Shown piece by piece: positions 48,024 to 59,355 of a stretch of 64,000 bases of DNA (position 1 is its first letter; each line of letters starts with the position of its first letter). The position numbers were made by a program, and so were the translations under genes. The notes under the pieces are model-generated. The model saw only the letters and a list, made by a program, of their open reading frames with translations. It was not told the DNA's origin and made no database searches. The DNA comes from a virus (lineage: Duplodnaviria > Caudoviricetes): IMG/VR virus record IMGVR_UViG_2923098224_000002, positions 1-64,000 of that record; one strand, written 5' to 3'.

Positions 48024-49778
48024 ATGGCCGTCTATAAGGCTTCTCCGTTTTATTCCGTAGGCACCGACCAGACGATTGTTTTCGACCACAAAGGCGTTTA
48101 TGAAACCGATGTGCCTGCCGAAATCAAGCAGTTGAATGCATTATGTCCGCGATGGATTAGCTGTATTGCGTCAGACGATGAGACGGAAAAGGCGGAGGCT
48201 AAGGCGCCGAAAAAGCCTGCACGTAAGTCCTCCGGAAAATAAGGGGGCTGTGCGTATGGCTTTAAGCGTAGAAGCTGCAAACGAATATATTAACCGAATG
48301 ACAATCGATAACGAGGATTGGAACGACTATGACGACGCAAAGCAGCAGCGTGTACTAAACGTAGCCGAGGACGTCTTGGCTCGAAAGTTTCGTAAGTACG
48401 TCATTCCTGACGACGCAGTTTACGAGTTTACGAATGTGCTTGCGACTGCTTATAACGATACGAACCGCCTGAATAAGCATGGCATCGCGTCTTACTCAAT
48501 CACCGGCGTCGGGTCGTTTACGTATAAGGAAACGCTTCGAGCTGACGATGAGTCTCTCATACCGAAAAAGACGATCGATCTGATCGAAGAAGCGAACGAT
48601 GTGAAACTTAGCGGCCGGACCGTAAAAGCGACGGTGATGTAATTGGCGATCATACCGATGCGTCAGACCGTGACCGTTACTCGTGCTTCAGATGATATAG
48701 ACGTGTGGGGAAACCCTGTGAGCGTCAAGCCGTTCGAAATTAAGTGCCGAATCGACGAAGGATCTACTATTGCGAATTCACGTTCTTCCGGCGTTGTAAA
48801 GAGCGAGGAAGTCGTAGCTACGGCGCGTATATTGGTCGATAAATTAGCCGACATCAGGTATACGGATACACTCGCATTCACGAACGAGTTGGGCGAAACC
48901 ATTGAGCGTAAGCCGAAGGAAATAAACGTAAAGCGGCAAGTCAGTGGTAAGCCGATTCTGACCGAGGTAATCGTATGAGTTTTACGTTGGATGCTGGAGA
49001 TTTTCTGTCGATGTTGGATAACCGAGAGGTAGCCGTTGAGCAGGCAGCAAAGACAGCGATGCATGATAACACGGATGACCTCGCTAGACTTGCGCAAAAT
49101 ATCGCTCCGATTGACAAAGCTACGCTCCGTCGAGGCATGAAGAAGAAGGTTACGTTAAAGCGGGATAGTCTGATCGGTGAAGTATCGTTCCGGGCCGTCG
49201 ATAAAGGCTTTAACTATGCGCTATGGACGCACGAGGCGGATTACAACCTCGGACCAGTTTCGGCAGGTGCAGGCGGCATCAACGGTTATCCGGTCGGAAA
49301 TAAGTACCTAGAACGTCCGCTGAAAGGTGAATCGCAGAAATACATTAATCACGTAGCAGACGCGGTGAGAAGGGAGTTGTGATAATCGTTGAAGATAACC
49401 GAATTAATCTCGTTTATACAGTCGCGGGTTGACGGCGTTTATTACGCGAACGGATTCCCGCGGAATGCGGCAGACGAATGTACTTATGTGCGCTTTACAG
49501 GCGGATTTCCTCCGTCTCAATGGACCGGAAAGAGTCAGCCGTCGTTTCAAATAATCGTACGAGGAAAGGCTCAAGGCGACGCTGATTGCGAAGAGAAAGC
49601 GTACCGGCTTCAGGAAGCGTTAACGAATCTCCGTGAAGTGTTTATCGGTAATAGCTCAATCGTTGTTATCCGCGCGGCCAATTCGGTGCCATTATTTATC
49701 GGATATGACGACAATGATCGTCCCCAATACTCGTTAAATTTCGATTGTGTAGTGCGCCCTAACCGGGCGCTTTTTTAA
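48024..49778 (+). CDS. Head-tail joining/completion genes (48024-48242, 48256-48642, 48643-48978, 48975-49382 HK97 gp10-like, 49389-49778 tail terminator)
   Basis: Canonical order and sizes; APIDKATLR...YALWTHE...KYLERP in the gp10-like protein. Confidence 0.7.
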
Positions 49779-49802
49779 TGCAAAAATAAAGGAGGAAAAC
49801 GG

Positions 49803-50357
49803 ATGGCTGGAATTAAAACGATTCAAGTTCCTATCGGCCCCGCAATCGTCGAGTACGGCGAGGGTAAGGATATGGTGACGTTTGACATCACGAAGGGCGG
49901 CATCGTTTTTAAGGCGCAGATGTCTAAGCAGGATACAACGGTCGACCAATACGGTGACTCGATTGTAGGCTCACGGACAAAGGGCGGAACTTGCGAATGT
50001 ACCGTACCGTTTGCGATCTATGATTTAGAAAAGATTCATAAGGCGGTTCCGAACAGTAAGTACGTGTCTGACGGAGACAAAAAGAAGCTTGTAGTCAGCG
50101 GTAAAGCCGGATATGACTTGCTGAAGGACGCGAAGCCTTTACGAATTAAGCCGACAGATCCAGAAGCTACGGCCAACGACTGGCTCACGATTCCGTTAGC
50201 TGGTGCGTCGACTGACATCGAATATACCTATGATTCCGATAATGAGAGGATCGCTAACCTAACGTTTACCGGTTATCCGGACACGATGGGAGAAGGCGAT
50301 CTTTTTATTATGGGCGATGAAACGGCCGGTACCTCTTCTGGCTCTGGTAGCGAATAA
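49803..50357 (+). CDS. Major tail tube protein
   Basis: Position, size, beta-rich; followed by a terminator and the chaperone gene. Confidence 0.75.
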   Translation: MAGIKTIQVPIGPAIVEYGEGKDMVTFDITKGGIVFKAQMSKQDTTVDQYGDSIVGSRTKGGTCECTVPFAIYDLEKIHKAVPNSKYVSDGDKKKLVVSGKAGYDLLKDAKPLRIKPTDPEATANDWLTIPLAGASTDIEYTYDSDNERIANLTFTGYPDTMGEGDLFIMGDETAGTSSGSGSE

Positions 50358-50414
50358 CGAACGAAAGGCATCGTCGAGAGGCGGTGTCTTTTTAATTAAC
50401 GAAAGGAGAGTCGC

Positions 50415-51118
50415 ATGAACATTTTCAAAAAGAAACAGGAGACTGATTCGATCCAGCTCGGTAAGTATCCGGTCGAGGTTGCGAAGCTCACTCCGGCCAA
50501 GTGGAAACAACTTTTCGCAGCACTCGATAAAATTCCGTTTCTAGTTCTGGAAGTCTTTAGCGCGCCTAAAACTGATTTCTACTCGTATTTAGTAAGCGCG
50601 ATTGAAGTCGGTATGGATGAGCTCGTCGAAATTACGGCATTATTGAGCGGCGTAGATGCCGAGTACATCCGTGAAGAAGTCGGAACGGACGAAATTATCG
50701 AGTACATCACGCTCACTGTTAAAAATAACCGTCTCGATTCGCAAGCAAAAAACGTGAAGAGCCTTCTTCCGAAACTCGAAAAGTAGACGAAGAGGGCGAT
50801 CCGTATACGATTGACGATTATCTGATCGAAGCGGCGATCAGTTTAGGTGTCACGCAGTATCAAATAGAAAACGAGTTTTATATGGTGGACATACCGAAAT
50901 TTGTGCGTGCCAAGACGAAGCAAGGCGCGGTAAGGCGAATAGAAGACATTCGCGTACTTCTCGCGACGAATAGCCGGGCAAGTGAGGACGACGAGTATAA
51001 ACAGCTCATGAATACGTTGATTCGGGCGGCTGGGCTTCGTCCGGAAGTGAAATTCGACCGTGAGAAATTCGAACAACTACGGGCTTTACAGGGGAATTTT
51101 CGGAAAGGAGGTAAATAG
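50415..51118 (+). CDS. Tail assembly chaperones G (50415-50786) and G-T via -1 frameshift at A AAA AAC (50747-50753)
   Basis: Slippery heptamer; -1 frame is open to the stop at 51118 just before the tape measure gene. Confidence 0.8.
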
Positions 51119-53920
51119 ATGGCCGGAACAACAGTCGGAGAAATCCGGGCGCGTCTCGTATTAGACATGGCGGACTGGTCCCGTCGATCTCAGCAAGCTC
51201 GAAGCGATATGGATCAAATGGGCCGTTCATCTGCGAATCTCTCGAAGCAAATGGGCCTCATCCAAAAGGCTTCGCTTGCGGTCGGTGGCGCAGTCGTAGC
51301 CGGTATCGGCGTTTCCGTCAAGAAAGCGGCTGACTTCGAGGAGGCCATGTCGCGAGTTAAAGCGATCAGCGGCGCGACCGGTCAGGACTTCGAAGATCTG
51401 AAGAACATCGCGGCTAAGATGGGAGCCGAAACAAAATATACCGCAGTCGAGGCGGCCGAGGGTCTTCAATACCTCGCAATGGCGGGCTTCAGCGTAAAAG
51501 CGCAAGTCGGATCGTTGCCGGCCGTGCTTAACTTGGCGGCAGCTTCAGGCGAAGGACTCGGACGTTCAGCGGATATCGTTTCGAACATCATGACCGGCTT
51601 CGGCATTAAAGCGGAAGACTCCGGGCATGCCGTAGACGTACTTGTAAAAGCGATGACGACGGCCAATACGGATCTGCCGCAATTAGGCGATGCAATGAAA
51701 TTCGTCGCCCCTGTTGCGCACTCTCTCGGATACTCCATCGAAGATACTGCGACAGCCGTTGCGAAAATGTCAGACGCCGGTATTCAGGGATCGATGGCGG
51801 GTACGGCGCTTCGTGCGTCACTCTTACACCTTACGAATCCGGTCGGCCAGTCGGCCAAAGCGATGAAAAAGTACGGAATCGAGGTAAAGGATGCCCACGG
51901 AAATCTAAAGCCGATACCCGAACTCGTCGGCCATATTTCGAAGCAGTTCGAAGGGATGACGTCGGCGCAGAAAACGGCCGCAGCGGCACAGCTCGTCGGA
52001 GTTGAAGCGGCTTCCGGATTCGTTACGCTCTTGGGCGTCGGAGAAAAGGGACTGCGCAACTATTCGAAGACGCTGAAGGAAGCCGGCGGGACAGCGGACA
52101 AAGTAGCGAAAACGCAGATGGATAACCTCAAAGGGTCATTCGAACAGTTTACGTCTGCGCTCGACGGCCTCGGAATTGCGATCGGTAACGAGTTTTTACC
52201 TACTTTCCGAAAAATTGTCGATACCGGTACGAAGGTGGTCGAGTTCCTTAGCGAGCTGAATCCGGGAATCATTACGACAGGCCTCGAAATGGCGGGTGCG
52301 GCGGCAGCGGTGGCGCTAGTTGCGTCTTCCATGATGAAACTCGGAATCGCAGTGCGCGGTTTGTTCGTTGCGATGGGTCCGGCCGGATGGGTGATCACCG
52401 GGCTCTCTTTATTAGCGGGAGCGCTTGTCGGGGTGAAAGCGGGATACGATCAGATGAACACCGTTAGTTTAGAGGCGGCCGAGTCGAAGCAGAAGGAAAT
52501 AGATTCTATCAACAGCTTAACGAAAGAGTTCGATAAACTTCAAAATAAAACGAAGCTGACTGCCGATGAATTCGTTTACTATCTCGATTTGAATGATCGA
52601 ATTAAAACGGAGACGGATGCCAATTCCATTAAACGGATGAAGGAAGAACAGGAAGAACTGCGAAAAAAATCAGGTCTTACAAATGAGGAATTTAATCGCT
52701 ACTTAGATTTAAACGATAAGGTTATCGCAAAAGCTCCGGACACTGCGGCCGCAATCAGCGAGCAAGGCAATGCCGCAGCAAAGAACACGGACGCATTAAA
52801 GCGTCTTAACAAAGAAAAAGCCGAGGAACTCCGGCTGGAGCTGGAAACCCAAAGGGCTAAAGCTGAGGCCAATATGTCTAAATATATAGCCGAAGAAGCG
52901 CGATTAAAAGAAAAAGTTAATGCGTTGACGAGAGAGCGATCCGATTTAGAGCAGCAGGTATCTGATCAATTACAAGTTGTGGCAGCTAAAGAGAGCGAAT
53001 TGGCGGCAGCTAAAGAGGCTAAAGACACAGCACGGGTGGCAATAGCTGAAAATGAGCTCAACTTAGAGCAGACAAAGTTACAGAGATTGCGCGAGCAGTT
53101 TTTTACAAATATGGAAAACCTGAGCTCTAAGAATCAAGAGCTCCAAAAGACCCGTGAGAACATCAATCAGCTAGATGTCGTTAATCAGAAAATGATCGAC
53201 CTTGAGCTCCGTCAAGTTGGATTAAACGCCAAAAAGGGCGAAGGCGTTAGAGTGATCGATAAGGAGATTGGACGCTTACAAGATGCGAAGGCGAACCTTA
53301 AAAATGTTACGAATGTTGCTGATCGTAAAACGGATGAGTACCGGAAGTCTGTTAAAGCAATTGATGACGAGATAGCAAACCTTCGTACAGCAAGAGGGCG
53401 GGTCGCGGATATTACGTCGGAAGCCCAAAGGATGAACGCTACTCTAAGTAAGGACATCACGAAACGAATCACGACAATTACTTCGGATGTTTCTATGAAG
53501 ACGGAGCGTGCCGTAAGTCGTGGAAAAGGGAACGAAGGTACTTACCACACCGGCGGCATCATCGGCCTCGGACAGATCAATAAACTTCACATCGGCGGCC
53601 TCGCGTCTCAATTCGCTAACCCGATGAGCCACGAAGTCGATATCCGGGCCCTGCGTAACGAAATGGTGCTTACTGAAGCGCAACAGGCGAATCTTATGCG
53701 AATGATTGACGCAGGCCACACGACGGGCCTCGGAGGAGATTCCGGCTTATCTTCGGATATGCTGCGTGCGCTCAGTTCGATTGAGCAGGTGATTAAGACG
53801 AAGGGCGGCGCTTCTATCGTGATGGATAGTGAAGTTGTTGGCCGTATTGTAGAGCCGCACATCAGTCGCATTCAGCAGGACGGATATGATTTAGAACGGA
53901 TGAGAGACGGGAGGTGGTAG
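51119..53920 (+). CDS. Tape measure protein (TP901 family)
   Basis: FEEAMSRVKAISGA...AGTALR core; TM region; coiled coils. Confidence 0.93.
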   Translation: MAGTTVGEIRARLVLDMADWSRRSQQARSDMDQMGRSSANLSKQMGLIQKASLAVGGAVVAGIGVSVKKAADFEEAMSRVKAISGATGQDFEDLKNIAAKMGAETKYTAVEAAEGLQYLAMAGFSVKAQVGSLPAVLNLAAASGEGLGRSADIVSNIMTGFGIKAEDSGHAVDVLVKAMTTANTDLPQLGDAMKFVAPVAHSLGYSIEDTATAVAKMSDAGIQGSMAGTALRASLLHLTNPVGQSAKAMKKYGIEVKDAHGNLKPIPELVGHISKQFEGMTSAQKTAAAAQLVGVEAASGFVTLLGVGEKGLRNYSKTLKEAGGTADKVAKTQMDNLKGSFEQFTSALDGLGIAIGNEFLPTFRKIVDTGTKVVEFLSELNPGIITTGLEMAGAAAAVALVASSMMKLGIAVRGLFVAMGPAGWVITGLSLLAGALVGVKAGYDQMNTVSLEAAESKQKEIDSINSLTKEFDKLQNKTKLTADEFVYYLDLNDRIKTETDANSIKRMKEEQEELRKKSGLTNEEFNRYLDLNDKVIAKAPDTAAAISEQGNAAAKNTDALKRLNKEKAEELRLELETQRAKAEANMSKYIAEEARLKEKVNALTRERSDLEQQVSDQLQVVAAKESELAAAKEAKDTARVAIAENELNLEQTKLQRLREQFFTNMENLSSKNQELQKTRENINQLDVVNQKMIDLELRQVGLNAKKGEGVRVIDKEIGRLQDAKANLKNVTNVADRKTDEYRKSVKAIDDEIANLRTARGRVADITSEAQRMNATLSKDITKRITTITSDVSMKTERAVSRGKGNEGTYHTGGIIGLGQINKLHIGGLASQFANPMSHEVDIRALRNEMVLTEAQQANLMRMIDAGHTTGLGGDSGLSSDMLRALSSIEQVIKTKGGASIVMDSEVVGRIVEPHISRIQQDGYDLERMRDGRW

Positions 53921-53923
53921 CGT

Positions 53924-55348
53924 TTGAGTAATACAGATTTTATAAAGAAAATCGCCCCGGATGCGCAGAAGATATTTGTAAATTATAAAATCCTTGCAAG
54001 CCTTGTAATCGCGCAGGGATGTCTCGAAAGTGCGTACGGAACCAGCGGTCTTGCCGTTAATGGAAAGAACCTTTTCGGAGTCAAGGGCGAATATAACGGA
54101 AAATACGTCATCATGAAAACGTGGGAAGTAATCAACGGAAGGAACGTTCAGGTTGACGCCAAGTTCCGAAAGTACCCGACGTGGTATGAGTCGATGCAAG
54201 ACCTTGCGAAGCTTTACGTAAACGGCGTCAGTTGGGACCCAAACCATTATAAGGCGGTCGTAGGTGAGAAGAATTACAAAAAAGCGACTGCTGCGCTGGT
54301 AGACGCCGGTTATGCAACGGACCCGTCTTACGCGTCAAAGCTTAACAGAATTATTGAAACGTACAACCTGACGAAGTATGACACCGCCCCGTCTCCGTCG
54401 AATCCGTCCACTCCTTCTACGCCGGACACAAACAACCCGGCTCCGGTTGTCGTTGAAGAGCCGGAGGTATCTATCGACGTTTTTTCAAGCGTTTATACAA
54501 CACCTCCATCCGGTGTCCCTATTACGGATAGCAACTTCCGGATACTTTACAAGGACGGCCGCATAATTGACATGGCTCGCGATTTATCGGTCCTTGTAAG
54601 GAGCTTCAAAATTGCATCGCCCACTCCCGATATCGATTACGAAACGATTCCGGGAAGGGACGGCTTAGTTCGAGTAGGGAAAAACTTCGGAGCCCGAACG
54701 CTGACTGCCGAATGTCTCTTGCTCGGAGCGGATGATGTTGATTTTCATTTATTACAAGCGGAACTCTTTCACGCGCTTCATCGCGAGGAGGAGTTCTTTT
54801 TAGTTTCGGAAGCGACGCCGAAAAAGCGATGGCGAGTCGAGTTAAGCGCATCTTTCACGCCTGACCGAATCGGCAGCTTCGGCGACTTTACGCTGACTTT
54901 CCAAAGTGCCTCGACTTATTGCGAATCAGTTGGCACAACGTTGGATGCATTTACTTTTGATGCGAACAAATGGCAGATAGGCGAAGGGCTGACGGATGAT
55001 ATCCCATCGTATAAACACAAGACGAAGACTTTCCGTATTTTCAATGCGGGAGCCGTCCGGCTAGATCCGAGATACATGCCTTTAAAAATTACGTATAAAG
55101 GCGCGTCTAGCAAATTGTCGATCAAAAATAGAACAACAGGCGATCTGTGGACGTTTTCCGGCACATCTGCCGCGAAGGAAGCGATTCAAATTTCCGGGGT
55201 TACTGCGAAAAAGGGGAACGTTAGCATCTTCGGGCAGACAAATTTCGGACTCATTACGTTAGAGCCCGGGTGGAATGACTTTGAGTTAAGCGGAACGAGC
55301 GGGGATTTTGAGGTCGCGTTTGATTTCAGATTCCACTATTACGCGTAG
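53924..55348 (+). CDS. GH73 glucosaminidase fused to distal tail (Dit) protein
   Basis: AQGCLES, NLFGVKG, FRKY, GYATDPSY; P/S/T linker; then IPGRDG...LEPGWN Dit fold. Confidence 0.82.
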   Translation: MSNTDFIKKIAPDAQKIFVNYKILASLVIAQGCLESAYGTSGLAVNGKNLFGVKGEYNGKYVIMKTWEVINGRNVQVDAKFRKYPTWYESMQDLAKLYVNGVSWDPNHYKAVVGEKNYKKATAALVDAGYATDPSYASKLNRIIETYNLTKYDTAPSPSNPSTPSTPDTNNPAPVVVEEPEVSIDVFSSVYTTPPSGVPITDSNFRILYKDGRIIDMARDLSVLVRSFKIASPTPDIDYETIPGRDGLVRVGKNFGARTLTAECLLLGADDVDFHLLQAELFHALHREEEFFLVSEATPKKRWRVELSASFTPDRIGSFGDFTLTFQSASTYCESVGTTLDAFTFDANKWQIGEGLTDDIPSYKHKTKTFRIFNAGAVRLDPRYMPLKITYKGASSKLSIKNRTTGDLWTFSGTSAAKEAIQISGVTAKKGNVSIFGQTNFGLITLEPGWNDFELSGTSGDFEVAFDFRFHYYA

Positions 55349-55359
55349 GGAGGTGCACC

Positions 55360-56760
55360 ATGTCTAGTCTAATTGTAAAGAATCTCGCTAATCAGGTCGA
55401 AGCTCTAACGGACTTCAGCGTGACGAAGAAAGATGAAATCGATAACGGTAGATCTTTAGACGTATCAGTTATACAGACGGATCGGAACGCGCACTCCTTT
55501 CCACTGATTCAAAATGAAGGCTCTCTTTTTTATGAAGACGAGGAATTTGTCATCAGAAAGATGCGGTATGTTCCTATTAGTGGCAAGAGACTGAAGGTCG
55601 ACATTACGGCCTTGCAACGTTCGTTTTCTGATCTCGGTGAGAATTACGTATATGAAACATCCGGGAAAAAGAAAAAACTTTACATCGAAGACATGCTGGA
55701 CATCGCATTGAAAGGTTCTGGGTATTCTTACGAGATTTTACCGGAAGGGCTAGGTGATTCGTTTGATGTAGAGGATTTTGGAAACGGCTACTCTCTCGGA
55801 TTATTAAACGATATAAAGGAGAAATACTCGGCTGAATTTGAGTGCATTGGAAAGAAAGTCTATTTCGCGAAGGAGATAGCACGAGATACAGACTACATCA
55901 TCCGTGACCGTGTAAATGTAAAAGACCCCTCTCAGGAAATAGACACCTCTTCCATAAAAACGTACATTAAAGGATTCGGAAAGAAGGATGAAAAGACAGG
56001 AAAACATGCGGTGGAAGCCGAGTACACAAGTCCATTAGCCTCAGTCTATGGGATCAAGCATGCAAATCCCATTTTTGATGACTCGTACACAGCAAAGGAT
56101 GAGGGAAAGCTCGAAAAACGGTTAGAAAAAGAACTGACCGATAAAATTGAAATATCTATCAGCCTTACGTATATAGAGGTTAAACAATTAAACATGCAGG
56201 ATATTCGCAAAGGCGATTATGTATGGTGCGTATTAGAGCCCTTTGATTTGAAGACGAAGCTGCGTGTAGTCAGTGTGGAGTCTTATTCAGATCCTAAAAA
56301 GTCTCCGGTTTTTACTTTCGGAAAGGTTCGGGCGAATATCAAAAAAACAACTGCTAAATTAGGGCGGGGACAAAGCTCCGTCTCTAAGCTTATCGATACG
56401 TCGACCGGAAAGGTGAAAGGCAGCGCCATAAGCGGAAACATAACTATCGGAAAAGACGCGATTTACGAAGACGGCTACGATCCGACAAAGCTGACGATTC
56501 CTACGTACGGCCGGGCAAACGCAACAACGGACGGGCTTATGAGCTCGTCGGACTACGTGAAGCTGGCGAGTATCGTATTAGGGCCTGACGGTCAAGTTTC
56601 TGTCTCGCTGGCTACCGAAACAACGGACGGATTAATGAGCGCATCTGACTTCGCAAAGCTGAAGCGCATCAAGGTCGGTACGGCTACGGTGGATATATCG
56701 ACACTTTCGCAACAGCTCGAATCTATAAACAAGCGCCTGACCGCGCTGGAGAATAAATAA
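55360..56760 (+). CDS. Tail-associated (Tal / prophage endopeptidase-like) protein
   Basis: TYIKGFGK, EYTSPLASVYGIKHA; C-terminal TDGLMS repeats. Confidence 0.75.
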   Translation: MSSLIVKNLANQVEALTDFSVTKKDEIDNGRSLDVSVIQTDRNAHSFPLIQNEGSLFYEDEEFVIRKMRYVPISGKRLKVDITALQRSFSDLGENYVYETSGKKKKLYIEDMLDIALKGSGYSYEILPEGLGDSFDVEDFGNGYSLGLLNDIKEKYSAEFECIGKKVYFAKEIARDTDYIIRDRVNVKDPSQEIDTSSIKTYIKGFGKKDEKTGKHAVEAEYTSPLASVYGIKHANPIFDDSYTAKDEGKLEKRLEKELTDKIEISISLTYIEVKQLNMQDIRKGDYVWCVLEPFDLKTKLRVVSVESYSDPKKSPVFTFGKVRANIKKTTAKLGRGQSSVSKLIDTSTGKVKGSAISGNITIGKDAIYEDGYDPTKLTIPTYGRANATTDGLMSSSDYVKLASIVLGPDGQVSVSLATETTDGLMSASDFAKLKRIKVGTATVDISTLSQQLESINKRLTALENK

Positions 56761-56774
56761 CGAGGAGGAATACA

Positions 56775-59339
56775 ATGCCGAAATTTCCGTACAGAAAGGC
56801 CGGGGCAGCGTGGGACCGTGTTTTTCGTAACGACCACAACCAGAACCTCGATGACATTGCGGACGATATTAAAGGGTCATATGCGGAACTGGCCGCACAT
56901 AAGAACGCTAAAACCGCCCACACGTCGGATCAAATCGACCACGGCGGTTTTTCTTTGCGTAATTATATCGATGGCTTATACAACCGCATAAAAAATCTCA
57001 TTCTTAATGCCGACGGGACAAATGTAAAAGAAGTAGTGGACGCCCGTGTTAATGCTGATGGGGAAATTGCCCCACTGTTGAAAGAGCGTCTTGATAAGGA
57101 ATATAACAAACTTCTACGTAAGATCACCAGAAACGTTAACGTAGACGACTACGGGGCCGACCCAACCGGAGAGACAGACAGCACAGAAGCATTCAAAAGA
57201 GCGATCGGAAACGGAAAGGTGCGGCTCAATCTATCAGCCGGAGAATACGTGATAAGGGGCGTAAAGCTGCCGTCATGGACATATTTGATCGGCCAGGGCA
57301 TGGGCGTCACCACGCTAAAACTGCACGAGGACACGCCGGCCAGTGAGTGGGTTGTCACAAATGCTGATCATGCGAAAGGCAACCGGAATATCGTTGTGGA
57401 AGGTATGTCGCTTGACTGGAATCCTGATCGTCAGGGCGGCGTAGGCGCAACCGGAGGTGTACATTCAAGCTGTCTTCTTTTCGCACAAGTAAAGTTTGGT
57501 ATTGCGCGCGGCGTTGAAGGCATTAATCCCGGCTTACATTGTTTTGATGTATCAGCGCCTTCTTATGACATTACAGCAAAAGATTACACGGCAACGGGGA
57601 GCAAATATATTTGGATCGACAAGTGTGTCGGTTCGGGGTATGGTGATGACGGCATTACGACCCATTACAGCGAGTATATTTTCATCACAAATAATGTGAT
57701 GACGAACCCCCGCGGCACTGCACACCGTAAAGGGGGAGCCAATTCAAACGGAATTGAAGTGGACGACGGCTCTAAGCATGTCTGGGTTATAGATAATTAT
57801 ACAGAGGGGAATGTGCGGGGCGTAGAAGTAAAAGCCCACAAGAAATGGCCGGCACCTTGTGACGTTCATATCCGCGGCCACGAATCTTTTCGTGACGTTC
57901 GCTCATTTGATTTACGGCATATTGATCACCATCTTGTAAAAGACCCTTGGAGCGAGACGGCTCGTGATGTGACGTTAGTAGATTGCACATCCCGGGAACC
58001 CGTCTATAATTCGCTTTATGAAGGATTAGCTCCGAAAGCCCTTGTCGTTTCGGCGTACCAGCGTGTTCAGATTATCGGATTCAAAGCCATAGGTGATCCA
58101 ACATATGATTACAAAGACGGCTCGATCGTTGCTTTCCAGTATAAGAGTAGGAAGATAACAGTAAACAACTTGCATATAACCGGATTTAAAAAGGCTGATT
58201 GTGACATCTATATTACCGGCGGCGATCAGATGACTGACGACGTGTTTATTTCTGATTTTGTTATCCATGATTCCGCAAGAACCGGCATCGCGATAGGGGG
58301 TGGCGTATATAATGTCAACTTGTTAAATGGCCTTATGCATGTGGCAAGCGGAACGGCCGGCATTACATCCCCGAACACCCAGACCAATATTTTTCTTGTC
58401 AGAGCTTACGGCTATAAAGATGCGGCTGTCCTTGCCGGAGAAAAACATTCAGTCGTTCCGAATAACGTCAAGGGAGGCTTTCGAGCAGCTTCCAGCTCAG
58501 GACATGCACTTACGAAATACAGTGCGATTATTGCGTGTACGGGGCCGACGTACGCGAAAGGTGAGCGCAACCTGCTTGCAGGAAACGCCGGCGGCTCTTC
58601 CTCGGAAGGATCGCGCAACGGCGTCATGTTTTCATACGATTCTCATACAACAGGAGACGGGCCGTCCTCGGGTGTCATGTTCTCGAAGGCTACCAAGAAT
58701 AGTAAATCTTACACATTGGCTTTAGGCCATGGAAACGGCAAAGCCTCGGAAGCCAACAAAAAAATTGAATTAAACGCAAAGAATGGAACAGTCAAGGCTA
58801 CTGGCGCAATAGAAAGTGTATCGAATTTAAAAGACTTGGCGGAGTATTTTGAATCAGCTGACGGAGCAAAGATAGAGGCATCTTATCTTGTAGCGTTAGA
58901 GGGGGACAAAATCCGAAAAGCGCAAGAAGGCGACAAGATACTCGGGGTCGTTTCTAAGACTGCCGGCGTTGTGCTTGGCGGAGCTGCCTTCTATTGGAAT
59001 GATCGTTTTCTTCGTGATGAATTTGGCGGCATTATCTACCGGGAAGTATTTGACGGTGAGGACATCATTACGATTCCAGCTGAGAACCCGAACTATGATC
59101 CGGAAGCTGAGTACAAGCCACGAGAGGAACGAGACGAGTGGCATATTATTGGATTGATTGGTCAAGTGTTTGTGCGCGTTGATGATACCGTTAACGTCGG
59201 TGACAGTGTTTCAGCAGTTGACGGCATCGCGACAAAGGCGGAAAGCGGCGGATACGGAACTGTGATGAGATTTGAATCCCCGTACGATGCGGAAAAAGGA
59301 TACGGTGTGGCGCAAATGATGGTTACACCGCAGCACTAA
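56775..59339 (+). CDS. Tail spike / pre-neck appendage with beta-helix and peptidase-G2 chaperone
   Basis: EVVDAR, VNVDDYGADPTG..DSTEAF, DLAEYFES, GLIGQV. Confidence 0.85.
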   Translation: MPKFPYRKAGAAWDRVFRNDHNQNLDDIADDIKGSYAELAAHKNAKTAHTSDQIDHGGFSLRNYIDGLYNRIKNLILNADGTNVKEVVDARVNADGEIAPLLKERLDKEYNKLLRKITRNVNVDDYGADPTGETDSTEAFKRAIGNGKVRLNLSAGEYVIRGVKLPSWTYLIGQGMGVTTLKLHEDTPASEWVVTNADHAKGNRNIVVEGMSLDWNPDRQGGVGATGGVHSSCLLFAQVKFGIARGVEGINPGLHCFDVSAPSYDITAKDYTATGSKYIWIDKCVGSGYGDDGITTHYSEYIFITNNVMTNPRGTAHRKGGANSNGIEVDDGSKHVWVIDNYTEGNVRGVEVKAHKKWPAPCDVHIRGHESFRDVRSFDLRHIDHHLVKDPWSETARDVTLVDCTSREPVYNSLYEGLAPKALVVSAYQRVQIIGFKAIGDPTYDYKDGSIVAFQYKSRKITVNNLHITGFKKADCDIYITGGDQMTDDVFISDFVIHDSARTGIAIGGGVYNVNLLNGLMHVASGTAGITSPNTQTNIFLVRAYGYKDAAVLAGEKHSVVPNNVKGGFRAASSSGHALTKYSAIIACTGPTYAKGERNLLAGNAGGSSSEGSRNGVMFSYDSHTTGDGPSSGVMFSKATKNSKSYTLALGHGNGKASEANKKIELNAKNGTVKATGAIESVSNLKDLAEYFESADGAKIEASYLVALEGDKIRKAQEGDKILGVVSKTAGVVLGGAAFYWNDRFLRDEFGGIIYREVFDGEDIITIPAENPNYDPEAEYKPREERDEWHIIGLIGQVFVRVDDTVNVGDSVSAVDGIATKAESGGYGTVMRFESPYDAEKGYGVAQMMVTPQH

Positions 59340-59355
59340 GGAGGGATAAGAGACG

